The notes beneath the pieces are model-generated. The model saw nothing but the letters and a program-made list of their open reading frames with translations, had not been told where the DNA came from and made no database searches. Positions 23,506-35,325 of a stretch of DNA of 64,000 bases are shown here, one piece after another. Every line of letters starts with the position of its first letter. Positions within the stretch are counted from its first letter, which is position 1. The position numbers and the translations under genes were made by a program. The DNA comes from Nemertoderma westbladi (taxonomy: Eukaryota; Animalia; Xenacoelomorpha): the NCBI GenBank assembly GCA_032718475.1, contig JAUCBJ010002077.1, positions 1-64,000 on the forward strand, read 5' to 3'.

Positions 23506-24665
23506 TGTAAATGCTTTTGCGGATATAACTAATCATTTTTCCCGCAAAGTACTGTGTAGGTGTTTTAGCGGACATAAAAAGCAATTTTTTCTGTATGTGT
23601 ACTTTAGCGGACATAACAAGCCATTTTATGCCGCAATACGCCAAATACTCTTAATACAGTGTAGCTCAGATGATGAAATCTATCAGCTGATTTAATGTCG
23701 ATGTGGAGCTTTCTTAACTTTCTTTGTTCGGCTCGCTCGACCAATCAGGGCGATTTTCATTTTATCTTGCACAGAAGCCTACGGGAAATCGCGCAATGCA
23801 TGACGGTTTTTGTTTACCTTTTCCTGAGCCCCAGAACATCGGCTTTGGAATTATTCTGAGTTTCAGACTTTAGCCAAACATTAGAAGGCTTTGATTATAG
23901 GAACGTATAACTGTTATCTCAAATCACGCAAACCAAACCATACAAACTGGACAAACCAGAACATACATACTTGTCCTACCGCATTATTTTACTTCTGTTT
24001 ACTGTCGGTTATTAATTGTTATAAGTTGATGGATATGTTGTTATATTTGGAGAATATTGATAAATAATCATAAAACCCCTATCTTCTTGATATACTGAAG
24101 GTAAGAGGGACCAGTTACCTGTAGCAACTGCGACTTACATTATAGTGGTTTTGGAGTGAATTGAATGCTATTTCATAATCCCTACAAGTGTCAGTTGCTA
24201 TTCTCCTTATATATGATCAAATTTAGTGAAGGTCGGCAGATCAGTGTGCAGCAGTGTGCGGTAGTGTACAGGAGTGTAACCGATAACAAAGCATTTCCTA
24301 AAGAATGCACTTTATACGAAAATCATTAGCCATCCCGTTGTGTTTAGTGTAAGTCATAACTCTGTTTACATACTTAGAGCGCCACGTCCTAAAGGAACTG
24401 TTAATATTTCCCGAAAGTGAATAATATTTGTCAGAGATATTATAGTAACGAGCAATCGAATAATACAGTAAGTCTACACCGCAATAAGGTCAGAGCATCC
24501 GAATCCAGTCTCCCTTAACTGTGGGTGAATGGTCGCGCATAGGCTGGCTTCGGCTAATGTAACTTTATGTGCACCAAATACTTGTGATAGGCTAAAGTCG
24601 ATTTATAAACTAGAAGACACCTAAAATTGGCAGGTTAAACTGCTAAAGGTCTAAAAGCGCGAACA
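23506..24665 (+). repeat. 3' LTR
   Basis: 1160-bp direct repeat of 13898-15057, followed by TSD CTCTC. Confidence 0.95.
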
Positions 24666-24804
24666 CTCTCGGTGAATTAATATCTCGTCTCATTGTTAAA
24701 TTATTATCAATAAATTTATGAAAAGGCAGAAAGCTAGGCATATACCTGTATACTGCTATAGGACTGTAGGATAGACAGATAGAGCTGTAGAGTGGCACGT
24801 TTTT

Positions 24805-25249
24805 GGGTAAATCTTTTCGACCTACGCGTAGTTCGCAACATTGGGTCATATATCACCAGTTTCAGAGTTTTAACAATAACTACGCGTAGGTGCTACGCGT
24901 AGCTACGCGTAGGTCCTACTCGACCTACGCATAGGTGCTACCCATGACTATGCCTATACGTCGTTTATCATTAGTAGGCTTACGTATTCCAAGCGAGTCA
25001 GTAGTACTAAAATAAGACACAATACGGTATGTTCAATAAACAACAGACAACCATCAAATGCTTTCAACAGTAATGTATCCTATACCTGTATACTCTATAT
25101 AGAGGAATACGCGAAAACTACATATTCTTCACTTCATGCGTTGCGGGCGATAAAATGTGTTAATAATTAATGTTTAGAGTTCAAAAATAGTTTACAAAGG
25201 AAATAGGCCGATGGTTCTTATCGATTCTCTATGCTTTTTATTGCCTTTG
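24805..25249. mobile_element. Left part of a MULE-like MITE truncated by the duplication junction
   Basis: Matches 34249-34708, preceded by the same CACGTTTTT. Confidence 0.85.
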
Positions 25250-28200
25250 CTCAAGAGCAGGGAGAGCTGCTTTATCAAGTTCGAGAACGTATCCTAAGAA
25301 TCAGACTAATCCTATCGGCCTTTGAGGAAGCCTCGAAAAGAAGCCAAGACATGTTGTTGCAAGTTGCCGTAAAGACTTGGTTCCAACGGGTGAGCCTTAA
25401 AGTTCAAGGAACATCCCAATGGAAAATTCAGCTAACTGAGCGCTCAACCCACGGAGAATCAACAGACGCTACCTTTTCTAAAGTGGAAAGCGAAGCGACA
25501 TTGGAGAAACCTCAGAAGAAGGACGCTATTGACATCTATCTGTCAGACTATCAACGATTTATAGGTGACAAAGAGTTGAGGAGACGGCTGGCTGGACTTC
25601 ACCCTACTAATGAAGGAGCCAAATTTGTGTTAGACGCATTAGATGCAGAAATGTTAGTCGCAGAGCAGGCTAAATTTGATGAAAGCATCCTCCTCGCTAG
25701 GGAACAGGAAGAACGATTAAAGAAAAAACGGATAGAAGACAGAAAGGTAGCAGCAGCGGCAGCGGCAGAAGTTCAAAGAAAGGCGGCAGCTGCAGCGGCA
25801 GCGGCAGAAGCTGAAAGAAAAGCGGCAGCGGCAGAGGCAGAGGCTGAGGCAGCGGCAGCGGCAGAGGCAGCGGAAAGAAAAGCGGCAGCTGCAACGGCAG
25901 AAGCTGAAAGAAAGGTAGCAGCGGCAGAAGCGGAAAGAAAGGCGGCAGAGGCAGTGGTAGAAGCAGAACGGAAAGCATCTGAAGAGACAATCCAACTAGA
26001 GTTAGAAAATCTTCAAGAGAAGCAAGATTACTTCAATAAACAAAGAACAGCTAAGTATATGCAGATGATAAGTCGATCTACTCCCAAGAGACAGGGATTT
26101 ACATCATCTGATGAAGGCGATACAACAGATCCCGAAGGCAGAGGAAATAGATCTCGTTCCAGCAGACGAAGAAGAACGCCTCACCATCAGAAATTGCCTA
26201 ATTTGCCCCCAGCTGTGAGAAGGCAACTAGCTAGTGCAGACTTAGGTAGTACAGAACCCACAGACCAAATTATTAGAGTAGAAAGACTCCCTACTATAGT
26301 AGATGAGCCTGAAATAATTAGGCCTGTTCTCGAAGCCACCCCTTCTGTGATAGAGACCCCTGTACTTCCAGAACCTAACTCTAAATTCCCTTTGCACAGT
26401 ACTAAACTACCTGTACCCAGTAGGACTGTTCCAGAGTCAATTCCAGTCCTGGACGCCGAGCGAGACATTAACGATTTATCACCCGTCGTCCCTCGTCTAC
26501 CCGCTACTATGTTGGCGGCTCCCGCTTCGGCGGTAGAGTGGGTGGATGAGGGACGGTGGGAGATGGGTCTCCTGCTCGGGCAGCTGAGGGAACATCTTTT
26601 GTGTTCCTCTCAGCAGGTCCGGGAGATGGAAGGGACTGTTCAACAGTTAAAGGGAACAGTCAGAGAGGGTAGGTTAGAGTTGCAAGAAGTGCAGCAGAGT
26701 ATCGCGTTAGAACGCGATAAATTAGTAAATATACAAAGGGGTATACCATCACCCCCTGTAACAATGTGTCAACCTGTTAGGTCTGAAATATTTCATGCGC
26801 AAGGTGTGGAGCCTACACGCATCTATACTGCTAGCGAAGTAGAAACTCCTATAATAAACCCCATTAAGGGTAATTATAAACCTGTTGACAATGATATTCC
26901 ATATAGACCTGATAATAATCCGAGAAATTTATATACCGATAACTCAATATTAAATAATACGATGGCCCAAGAAAGTTTTACGCATCAAATGGCTAGAACC
27001 AAAGCCCGTCAAGCGGTAAAGGTGGGAGAGATCGTCAAGTTCAACGGAGATGAGATGAAATGGTTACCTTTTAATGAATATTACAAAGATAACATACAGA
27101 ACTCTGTGCTATCTAACGGAGAGAAACTTAGATTCCTCATCGAGTGTTTGGAAGGACCTCCCAAGTTAATGGCGTTAAAGTTTATTGGACATCCAGATGG
27201 ATTAAGACAAGTTTGGGATACACTAAACATCAGGTATGGTAATAGAAATAACATAGCTAGGTATTTGTATGCGAAATTGGTAGCGCCCCGAAAGTTTCTT
27301 AGCAGCGGGATTATAGAATTTTCCGATGAGATCCAGGAGATTTGTAGACAATTAGATTGGCTAGGTAAGTCTCATGAATATCAGAGTTCTATGGTTATTG
27401 GAGCTGTAGCATCTACCTTGCCAAAGGGTGGAGTGGGTACTCGTTGGGACAAAAGAGTTCTGTATATGATGGAACAACAACGAAGAGACCCTACCATGGC
27501 TGATCTCATGTCATTCTTGGATGGAGAGGTAAAATTACAGCTCCTGAAGCAGTCCAGAGAGAAGACACCGGAAAATAAGGTAAGTGAGAAAACCGTTTCT
27601 AGGAGAAAGGTAACATCAGTGTGTTATACAGACAATGGCGAAAGCCAGGCCTCTCAAGAGGAGAACAATGGGAAAGACACCGAAAGATCTTACTATGTCA
27701 ACAAAGCGCCTAAGGACGTAAGTAAATTTAAGTCTCGAACTAGTGACAGGAGAGAACAGGTAACAAAAACTCCTCCTACGTCTCCTAAGAGAATTCATGG
27801 AAGAAAGCCCGAGGAAAGAACGAGTGTGCACAACACTACCCAAGGTAAAGTAAGTAACATCAAACCAAAATGTGCATTGTGCGACGGGCCCCACCGTTTA
27901 AGTGTGTGTGATGAATTCCTAAAGAAATCCCTAAAAGATAGAAGCGAAGTCATGTGGGATAAGCGGTTGTGTTATAATTGTCTCAGACAAGGACACCAAC
28001 GGCGAACCTGTTACTCCGATGCAAGGTGTGCTAAGTGCGGCGCGAAACATCATATCTTGTTGCACACCGAATTCGAAAGAAACAGCCCGAGTCAGGTAAG
28101 TGAGTCCGAACTACATGTCCAATTCAGTGATGTGAACGACACCGACCACAGCTCTGAGATGGAAGGATTCTACACTGACGAATTCTCCGACGAAAATGAA

Positions 28201-29616
28201 TCCTGTTATATGACAAACACCGCGGTGTATCGAGCGCTTACGTATGAGACTGAAACCGATAGCGAGCTCCCCCTAACTATTCCGGACCGACAACCATCTT
28301 GGAAAGCGCCAACTTCCAACGTAGGAATCCGGGAATTTCCCGTAGTGCAGTTGAGAGTCCACGGGTTAAAAAAGAGCTATATAGTGAACGCCCTCCTTGA
28401 CTCCGGCAGCACAGGAACATTCATCGACAAAGAACTAGCCGAAGACATCTTTGCTGGACAACCCAAGTTCCGAACTAAGTTGAACCTTTCAGGAATTATG
28501 CAGGTTTGGAAATCTACAGTAGCTACAGACTACTATGTAGGCGCGTTGTCCACCCCCCAGGATGAACTAGGAAAACACAGTATAAGGTCAGTAAAAATGG
28601 TGGCGATAAAGAACTTCGCTACCAGCCAAGTGGAACCTTATAACTGGGATGAAGACGATTTCACCCAGCAGCAGGAGATACCTAGATTCAACACCGACTA
28701 CCCAGGGGTACAGATACTCATCGGCCAAAATGCGCATGAGGCGCTTGAGACATTAGAGAAACGGCCTGCTCGACCGCAACCATTGCAAACCTATGCGGGA
28801 AGAACAAGAGTAGGTTGGTACTTCACTGGACCTTCCCGCAGGACACTCATGGAAAGGCTACCCAAAGATCAGGTCCATAAGGCGAGTGAATGGGAAGAAG
28901 ACATCAGTGAGGGAGAGACAACCACAACTGAGGGAACACCATACTCCTCAGATAATGACGATATTAACTCTAATGTAGATCAATGGAGACATTGCCTTGG
29001 GACGATTAATCCAGCCAACATCGCTTCCAGAGGAGCAACTCCTCAAGAACTGATAGATACTCCAGACTGGTTAGGTGGACCCGACTTCCTAAGTAAAGAA
29101 GAGGATGAATGGCCTCCTCATCTCACCACGGCTGAGATTAGACAAGCCAAGGGAGTGGAGAAAGTCAAACCTAAAACCCGGACGAGTAAATCAAAGTTAT
29201 TTAAACCCGCGATTGATCCGTCTGTACTACACATTTCAGGGGACGACGCTGTGGGTCTAAACTCCCCCGCCACAAATAACTCTGTTGTGGAAATCAGAGA
29301 AAGAGACTGGAAATCTGGAACACCAGACGTCTCGCAGGGACTCTCACCTCTCCTGCAGGGAGCGATAAACCACTATAGCTCCTGGAATCGGCTTTGTAAG
29401 GCCGTCGTGTATTTGAAGCGATGTTTCTATCGTCACTATTCCAGGACAAAGAGGAAACCTGGAATTGTATTCGAAACGCAGCAGCTCAATCGCCCAGTTG
29501 GTCGTTTATGTTTACTGGAAAGAGACAGAGAACTCTCTGGAAACTATGGAAGGCAAGATACTCTTCCTACGACCACCTCCCTAATCCAACCAACATCCAG
29601 GGACTCTCCAACGTAA
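25231..29616 (+). CDS. Chimeric uninterrupted BEL Gag-protease ORF (1461 aa) started by a MITE-derived ATG
   Basis: MLFIAF comes from the MULE MITE and is fused in frame to QEQGELL of Gag. No stops. Expression unknown. Confidence 0.6.
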   Translation: MLFIAFAQEQGELLYQVRERILRIRLILSAFEEASKRSQDMLLQVAVKTWFQRVSLKVQGTSQWKIQLTERSTHGESTDATFSKVESEATLEKPQKKDAIDIYLSDYQRFIGDKELRRRLAGLHPTNEGAKFVLDALDAEMLVAEQAKFDESILLAREQEERLKKKRIEDRKVAAAAAAEVQRKAAAAAAAAEAERKAAAAEAEAEAAAAAEAAERKAAAATAEAERKVAAAEAERKAAEAVVEAERKASEETIQLELENLQEKQDYFNKQRTAKYMQMISRSTPKRQGFTSSDEGDTTDPEGRGNRSRSSRRRRTPHHQKLPNLPPAVRRQLASADLGSTEPTDQIIRVERLPTIVDEPEIIRPVLEATPSVIETPVLPEPNSKFPLHSTKLPVPSRTVPESIPVLDAERDINDLSPVVPRLPATMLAAPASAVEWVDEGRWEMGLLLGQLREHLLCSSQQVREMEGTVQQLKGTVREGRLELQEVQQSIALERDKLVNIQRGIPSPPVTMCQPVRSEIFHAQGVEPTRIYTASEVETPIINPIKGNYKPVDNDIPYRPDNNPRNLYTDNSILNNTMAQESFTHQMARTKARQAVKVGEIVKFNGDEMKWLPFNEYYKDNIQNSVLSNGEKLRFLIECLEGPPKLMALKFIGHPDGLRQVWDTLNIRYGNRNNIARYLYAKLVAPRKFLSSGIIEFSDEIQEICRQLDWLGKSHEYQSSMVIGAVASTLPKGGVGTRWDKRVLYMMEQQRRDPTMADLMSFLDGEVKLQLLKQSREKTPENKVSEKTVSRRKVTSVCYTDNGESQASQEENNGKDTERSYYVNKAPKDVSKFKSRTSDRREQVTKTPPTSPKRIHGRKPEERTSVHNTTQGKVSNIKPKCALCDGPHRLSVCDEFLKKSLKDRSEVMWDKRLCYNCLRQGHQRRTCYSDARCAKCGAKHHILLHTEFERNSPSQVSESELHVQFSDVNDTDHSSEMEGFYTDEFSDENESCYMTNTAVYRALTYETETDSELPLTIPDRQPSWKAPTSNVGIREFPVVQLRVHGLKKSYIVNALLDSGSTGTFIDKELAEDIFAGQPKFRTKLNLSGIMQVWKSTVATDYYVGALSTPQDELGKHSIRSVKMVAIKNFATSQVEPYNWDEDDFTQQQEIPRFNTDYPGVQILIGQNAHEALETLEKRPARPQPLQTYAGRTRVGWYFTGPSRRTLMERLPKDQVHKASEWEEDISEGETTTTEGTPYSSDNDDINSNVDQWRHCLGTINPANIASRGATPQELIDTPDWLGGPDFLSKEEDEWPPHLTTAEIRQAKGVEKVKPKTRTSKSKLFKPAIDPSVLHISGDDAVGLNSPATNNSVVEIRERDWKSGTPDVSQGLSPLLQGAINHYSSWNRLCKAVVYLKRCFYRHYSRTKRKPGIVFETQQLNRPVGRLCLLERDRELSGNYGRQDTLPTTTSLIQPTSRDSPT

Positions 29617-31317
29617 TGACGTCTGGAGTGGGTGTGTGACTATTATTTTATATGTATTTATTATTTTTATATTTATGTATGTATTATTATGTACTTTTAT
29701 TATAATCGTTTTCTTTAATTTTATTTAGTAGAATGTTATTTTAGCGATTATCTAGTAGATTAGTGCAATATATATTAGTCTTTATTACTTAATTACTTAT
29801 ATTATATATATTTAGTGCAACGGCGAGAAATAATTCTTTTTCTCTTTCCTTACTGTCCGTATTACATTATAAATGCGTGACTACAGTAAGATGAAATGTC
29901 CGTACTTATTAAAGTACCATAAAGCTCCTACTATATTCAAGTATTATTGGTAAGTAGAGTATTAGGAATGCAAAGTTCAGATCCTCGTGTCTTGGCTAAA
30001 CCAAGCTCTGGGTAGACCTTGGAAACGACTTGCCTCTTCTCACTGACATTGCTTCTTGCAATATTGCTCTCATACCGTATATTAAATAATACATATAGTA
30101 GCGTGATGTCCCTTTAACAGTAGCGTAAAACGCAAAATCAATCTGTTAAACCCTTTGACCATCTGTAATTCTAGTCGATTAAGATATCGCGGCACCCACC
30201 GATATACTTGAAAGACAAAATTCTAGAATCAATGGTTAACGTCCCCAGACATGTTCTGGAATAAACCGGTGCCCATCTTAAATATTAACTATTAATATTT
30301 ATAAAATCTGTCAAGCAAATACAATAGAGTAAATACTTACAAGTTAACTCTAGAAAATCTATAAATTAAAATCTGTTAAATTTTAGATCCTTTAAAATTC
30401 TAGTCGATTAAGATATCGTAGCACTTACCTATACTCTTAAAAGGACAAATTCCCTAGAATCAAGGATCCCAGTCCCCAGACATGCTCTGGAATAAAATTG
30501 TGCTTATTCCAACATTAAATAATAAAATTTACGGGAATAAATTTAAATTCATCTCTTTTAATGAATTTGATAAATTGTCATTTTTATACAATTTATAACA
30601 TTCCCAAAATTCCATTAATTAATAGATCATGGGAGCGGAGATTCACCCTATTAAGTATATTAGTGTGCGAGAATCTCCAATATATAGTCAATAGCCGATA
30701 AAATTCATAAAATCATGTATAAAGAGGAATATTGACAATTAAAGAATTACTATTAAATAGCATCCCAGATCTGTATGCATGAGAATTACCCTAATTCTAC
30801 TGCTAGCTTTCCATAATGTCACCATGGCAACAACCACGCTAGAATTAGAAGTGAGTTAAAAGAACAATAAAGCTTGCCCCATTGAATAGCATAAGGAATA
30901 AATAGCACACTGCTAGTATCCAAGGATACATAATAATAACGTGGCATTCTGGAAGGCACTTGACTAACGGACAAATGGCCCGAATGTGTGTGGTTTGTGA
31001 CAGTTGTGTGGAATTTGTGCGTTTATAGGTGAATGTTACTACTAAAGTGTGTTTACAGTAGCGAGTCGCAGTTGTGAAAGTAGCTCTACCTCTGCAGTAA
31101 GAACCTGAAGTAAATTTAAGCCCTTGGGACGGACAGTGGAGTGACTCGCGCTGGTTGTTGTTGTCGTTGTGCAGCTACTATGTTGGCGATAGGCACAGCG
31201 GCGACAGTACATCAGCGCTGAGGATCTTGCGCTGTCCGGGGGCCGTGAGGGGTAGGCAGCGACGCCCTCTAGCCTAATTATAACTAATTATAATATTGAT
31301 AAACTCATATAGCAGCT

Positions 31318-32871
31318 ATGACTGAGTTGATAGAAGATGATCTTGGTATCAGGGAGCGATATACTCTACCGTTGCAAGCGTTTGTTGATAGCTTAATACG
31401 CGGCGACGCTAGTCCAACTGCTACGGAGGACGATGGTCGTTATATCGAGCTGCCAATGTCCCAGGAGCAACTCACTCGTGAATTGGACTATCGAAAATTC
31501 ACTGCTCGCTGTACGCATCGTAATGGTACGCATATGGACTTCTTAACTACTGGTCATCCTATCGATTTACACGATACGGACGATGTCGATACCGAAAGGG
31601 AAATAGTCCTATTTAAATATCATACCCAGCGGAGTCGGAACGATAAACTGAGAATCGAATGCGAAAATTCTATTCGAAATCGACTCGAAAGAGAAGACTT
31701 TAAAGAACCGGATAAACGCGGTGACTCCAACGTATATTTGGAATTCTTGAGAGAAACATTGTAAAACTGAAGAAAGATCACCCGCATTTCCCCTACAAGA
31801 CGTGCGTCTTTGGTATTATTGCGATGAATGCCCAAGACCCAACCAACAAACGGAAAGACATAAACATCCGCGGAGACGTTGCTCTAAACACAGTTTTACT
31901 CGCTATATTTACGGGAGTTTCGAGCGAAACTTGTTCGATGTATCACTTACGCTCGCTCGACTCAAACGATCCTTAAATAAACCTATGATCAGAGTTCCGG
32001 AATACTCGGTCAGGCCACCTCACTCCCTAGTGAGACTTCAGACTCTTGATCCTAATAGTATCACGGATCCTCCCGAACTGTACTCACTGTTCAAAGATCT
32101 AGTGTTACCCGAACAATTAGTCGGTGGCACTCCGGTTGTGGGCTCCCTAGATATTCGCCCATCTTACCTAGCCGGATTGGGACGCGGACACCTAATATCG
32201 CCGTTCAACCCGTATAATCGTCCCGATCTAACCCCGATACAACCTGTCACTGAGGTGTAGGAGAGAGTTGAACAAAACGCGTTAGACACTAATCGACAAA
32301 AGATCGGAAAAGGAACCTACGATTGTTTGGAGAAACATAAATTGCAGCCGCAAGTCCAAGCGGTAAACGAATTAGCTTTATCTCAGTTCGATCGGGAAAT
32401 CCAGAATCTCTAAGAAGATATCGAACTTGGACGACCCTACTCTCTGCAAGAGTTTTGGACGAATGCTTCCAACGATAAGCGGAGGAAAATCAGCTCGAGG
32501 AGAAGCATATCGATTCCGATAGAGCCCGAAAACGCGAGTTGGAAAGAATCATCAAACCGAGGAAATTTCTCACTACACACGGTCCACCTACCGCTTTCGT
32601 GCAAACGACCCATCAGGGACCAGTAAGCGCTGCTGTCTTAAAACGCGCTCTCAAGGTTGTTCGACCTCGTTCCACTGAGGTTGATACCGATCAACCGGAT
32701 ACCTCGACCGGCGGATACACCGACCATAACCCTAAACCTTCTGATGCAATTGTATTGCACCCTTCACCCAGGAGTTATAGCCCTCCTAGTAAAGTGGCTC
32801 GCCCCAAAGAGAAAAGGACTCTTGCTAGCCTCAAAAAACTGCGTAAACGCCGTTCACGTAAGAAAGACTAA
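31318..32871 (+). pseudogene. Duplicate of decayed accessory ORF2
   Basis: Same frameshifts and stops as 21874-23427. Confidence 0.65.
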
Positions 32872-32949
32872 CTGTTTAGAGTATTTTTATATTTTAGAAA
32901 CTGTGATTTTTTATATTTTATAGAATTAAATCCCATTTTCTGGGAGCGG

Positions 32950-34109
32950 TGTAAATGCTTTTGCGGATATAACTAATCATTTTTCCCGCAAAGTACTGTG
33001 TAGGTGTTTTAGCGGACATAAAAAGCAATTTTTTCTGTATGTGTACTTTAGCGGACATAACAAGCCATTTTATGCCGCAATACGCCAAATACTCTTAATA
33101 CAGTGTAGCTCAGATGACGAAATCTATCAGCTGATTTAATGTCGATGTGGAGCTTTCTTAACTTTCTTTGTTCGGCTCGCTCGACCAATCAGGGCGATTT
33201 TCATTTTATCTTGCACAGAAGCCTACGGGAAATCGCGCAATGCATGACGGTTTTTGTTTACCTTTTCCTGAGCCCCAGAACATCGGCTTTGGAATTATTC
33301 TGAGTTTCAGACTTTAGCCAAACATTAGAAGGCTTTGATTATAGGAACGTATAACTGTTATCTCAAATCACGCAAACCAAACCATACAAACTGGACAAAC
33401 CAGAACATACATACTTGTCCTACCGCATTATTTTACTTCTGTTTACTGTCGGTTTTTAATTGTTATAAGTTGATGGATATGTTGTTATATTTGGAGAATA
33501 TCGATAAATAATCATAAAACCCCAATCTTCTTGATATACTGAAGGTAAGAGGGACCAGTTACCTGTAGCAACTGCGACTTACATTATAGTGGTTTTGGAG
33601 TGAATTGAATGCTATTTCATAATCCCTACATGTGTCAGTTGCTATTCTCCTTATATATGATCAAATTTAGTGAAGGTCGGCAGATCAGTGTGCAGCAGTG
33701 TGCGGTAGTGTACAGGAGTGTAACCGATAACAAAGCATTTCCTAAAGAATGCACTTTATACGAAAATCATTAGCCATCCCGTTGTGTTTAGTGTAAGTCA
33801 TAACTCTGTTTACATACTTAGAGCGCCACGTCCTAAAGGAACTGTTAATCTTTCCCGAAAGTGAATAATATTTGTCAGAGATATTATAGTAACGAGCAAT
33901 CGAATAATACAGTAAGTCTACACCGCAATAAGGTCAGAGCATCCGAATCCAGTCTCCCTTAACTGTGGGTGAATGGTCGCGCATAGGCTGGCTTCAGCTA
34001 ATGTAACTTTATGTGCACCAAATACTTGTGATAGGCTAAAGTCGATTTATAAACTAGAAGACACCTAAAATTGGCAGGTTAAACTGCTAAAGGTCTAAAA
34101 GCGCGAACA
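32950..34109 (+). repeat. Third LTR (duplicated 3' LTR)
   Basis: 1160 bp, preceded by the PPT and followed by CTCTC; about 7 differences from 23506-24665. Confidence 0.95.
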
Positions 34110-34248
34110 CTCTCGGTGAATTAATATCTCGTCTCATTGTTAAATTATTATCAATAAATTTATGAAAAGGCAGAAAGCTAGGCATATACCTGTATACTGC
34201 TATAGGACTGTAGGATAGACAGATAGAGCTGTAGAGTGGCACGTTTTT

Positions 34249-35325
34249 GGGTAAATCTTTTCGACCTACGCGTAGTTCGCAACATTGGGTCATACTGTAT
34301 ATCACCAGTTTCAGAGTTTTAACAATAACTACGCGTAGGTGCTACGCGTAGCTACGCGTAGCTACGCGTAGGTCCTACTCGACCTACGCATAGGTGCTAC
34401 CCATGACTATGCCTATACGTCGTTTATCATTAGTAGGCTTACGTATTCCAAGCGAGTCAGTAGTACTAAAATAAGACACAATATGGTATGTTCAATAAAC
34501 AACAGACAACCATCAAATGCTTTCAACAGTAATGTATCCTATACCTGTATACTCTATATAGAGGAATACGCGAAAACTACATATTCTTCACTTCATGCGT
34601 TGCGGGCGATAAAATGTGTTAATAATTAATGTTTAGAGTTCAAAAATAGTTTACAAAGGAAATAGGCCGATGGTTCTTATCGATTCTCTATGCTTTTTAT
34701 TGCCTTTGTTCACGATAGGGCAAGGATATACTGTATTTAATATGTTAACCCCTTGACAAGGGAAGGGGGAGACTAAATTGTCTACCATGATTGGTTGCAC
34801 TTGTCATTTGACCAAACAATTTGATTATATGCAGTATTTATCAGCTTTCGCTTAACCTCTTCACCGGTAGACTGGTCGCTTTATTTACTTCTATTCAATA
34901 TTTAAATAATCCAATGGAAACAAAGATACTTGAATCATGAGACGTGAATTTTAAGTTTACTTTTTATTCATCCTCTGTGTTTGTATGTGAAAGAGCCGAA
35001 TATTATTTATTACCAGTGCTGTATGTAGAGATATGAGTTTCCGATTCTGTTATTACATTTGTCTGATAATCAGATACCTGACATATACCGATACTTGCCT
35101 AAAAACTCAACCCTACCGGACCTGAAATGAAAAATCATTGTTATCAGGACTGCTACGCGTAGCACCTACGCGTAGTTTCAAAATACCTACGCGTAGTTCC
35201 AAAATAACTACGCGTAGTTGTTAAAAAGGCATTAAGTCTGGCCCTACCGGTAAATGGCAGGAATGGAAGTTACAAACTACGCGTAGCTACGCGTAGCCCT
35301 ACGCGTAGGTCGAAAAGATTTACCC
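34249..35325. mobile_element. MULE/Mutator-like MITE
   Basis: TIR GGGTAAATCTTTTCGACCTACGCGTAG and its reverse complement; 9-bp TSD CACGTTTTT (34240-34248, 35326-35334); subterminal CTACGCGTAG palindromes. Confidence 0.9.

Larger units (their letters stand above)
13898..24665 (+). mobile_element. Non-autonomous BEL/Pao LTR retrotransposon (10.77 kb)
   Basis: Two 1160-bp TG...CA LTRs, 5-bp TSD CTCTC (13893-13897, 24666-24670), PPT GGGAGCGG before the 3' LTR. Gag has the BEL-type triple Cys/His knuckles and an LLDSGS protease. Confidence 0.95.
15812..34708 (+). repeat. Tandem segmental duplication: 15812-25249 and 25250-34708
   Basis: Junction TTGCCTTTG|CTCAAGAGCAG at 25249/25250. The units are roughly 99% identical with scattered SNPs and small indels. 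Confidence 0.93.

Noticed and set aside
23506-34109. Two full elements sharing a central LTR (LTR-LTR recombination tandem)
   Set aside because: LTR2 is followed by the TSD and ~580 bp of flank, and copy 2 starts mid-Gag, so this is a segmental duplication.
25250-34708. Simple assembly duplication of identical reads
   Set aside because: The copies carry many independent SNPs and indels and a discrete junction. Mis-joined haplotypes cannot be fully excluded without reads.
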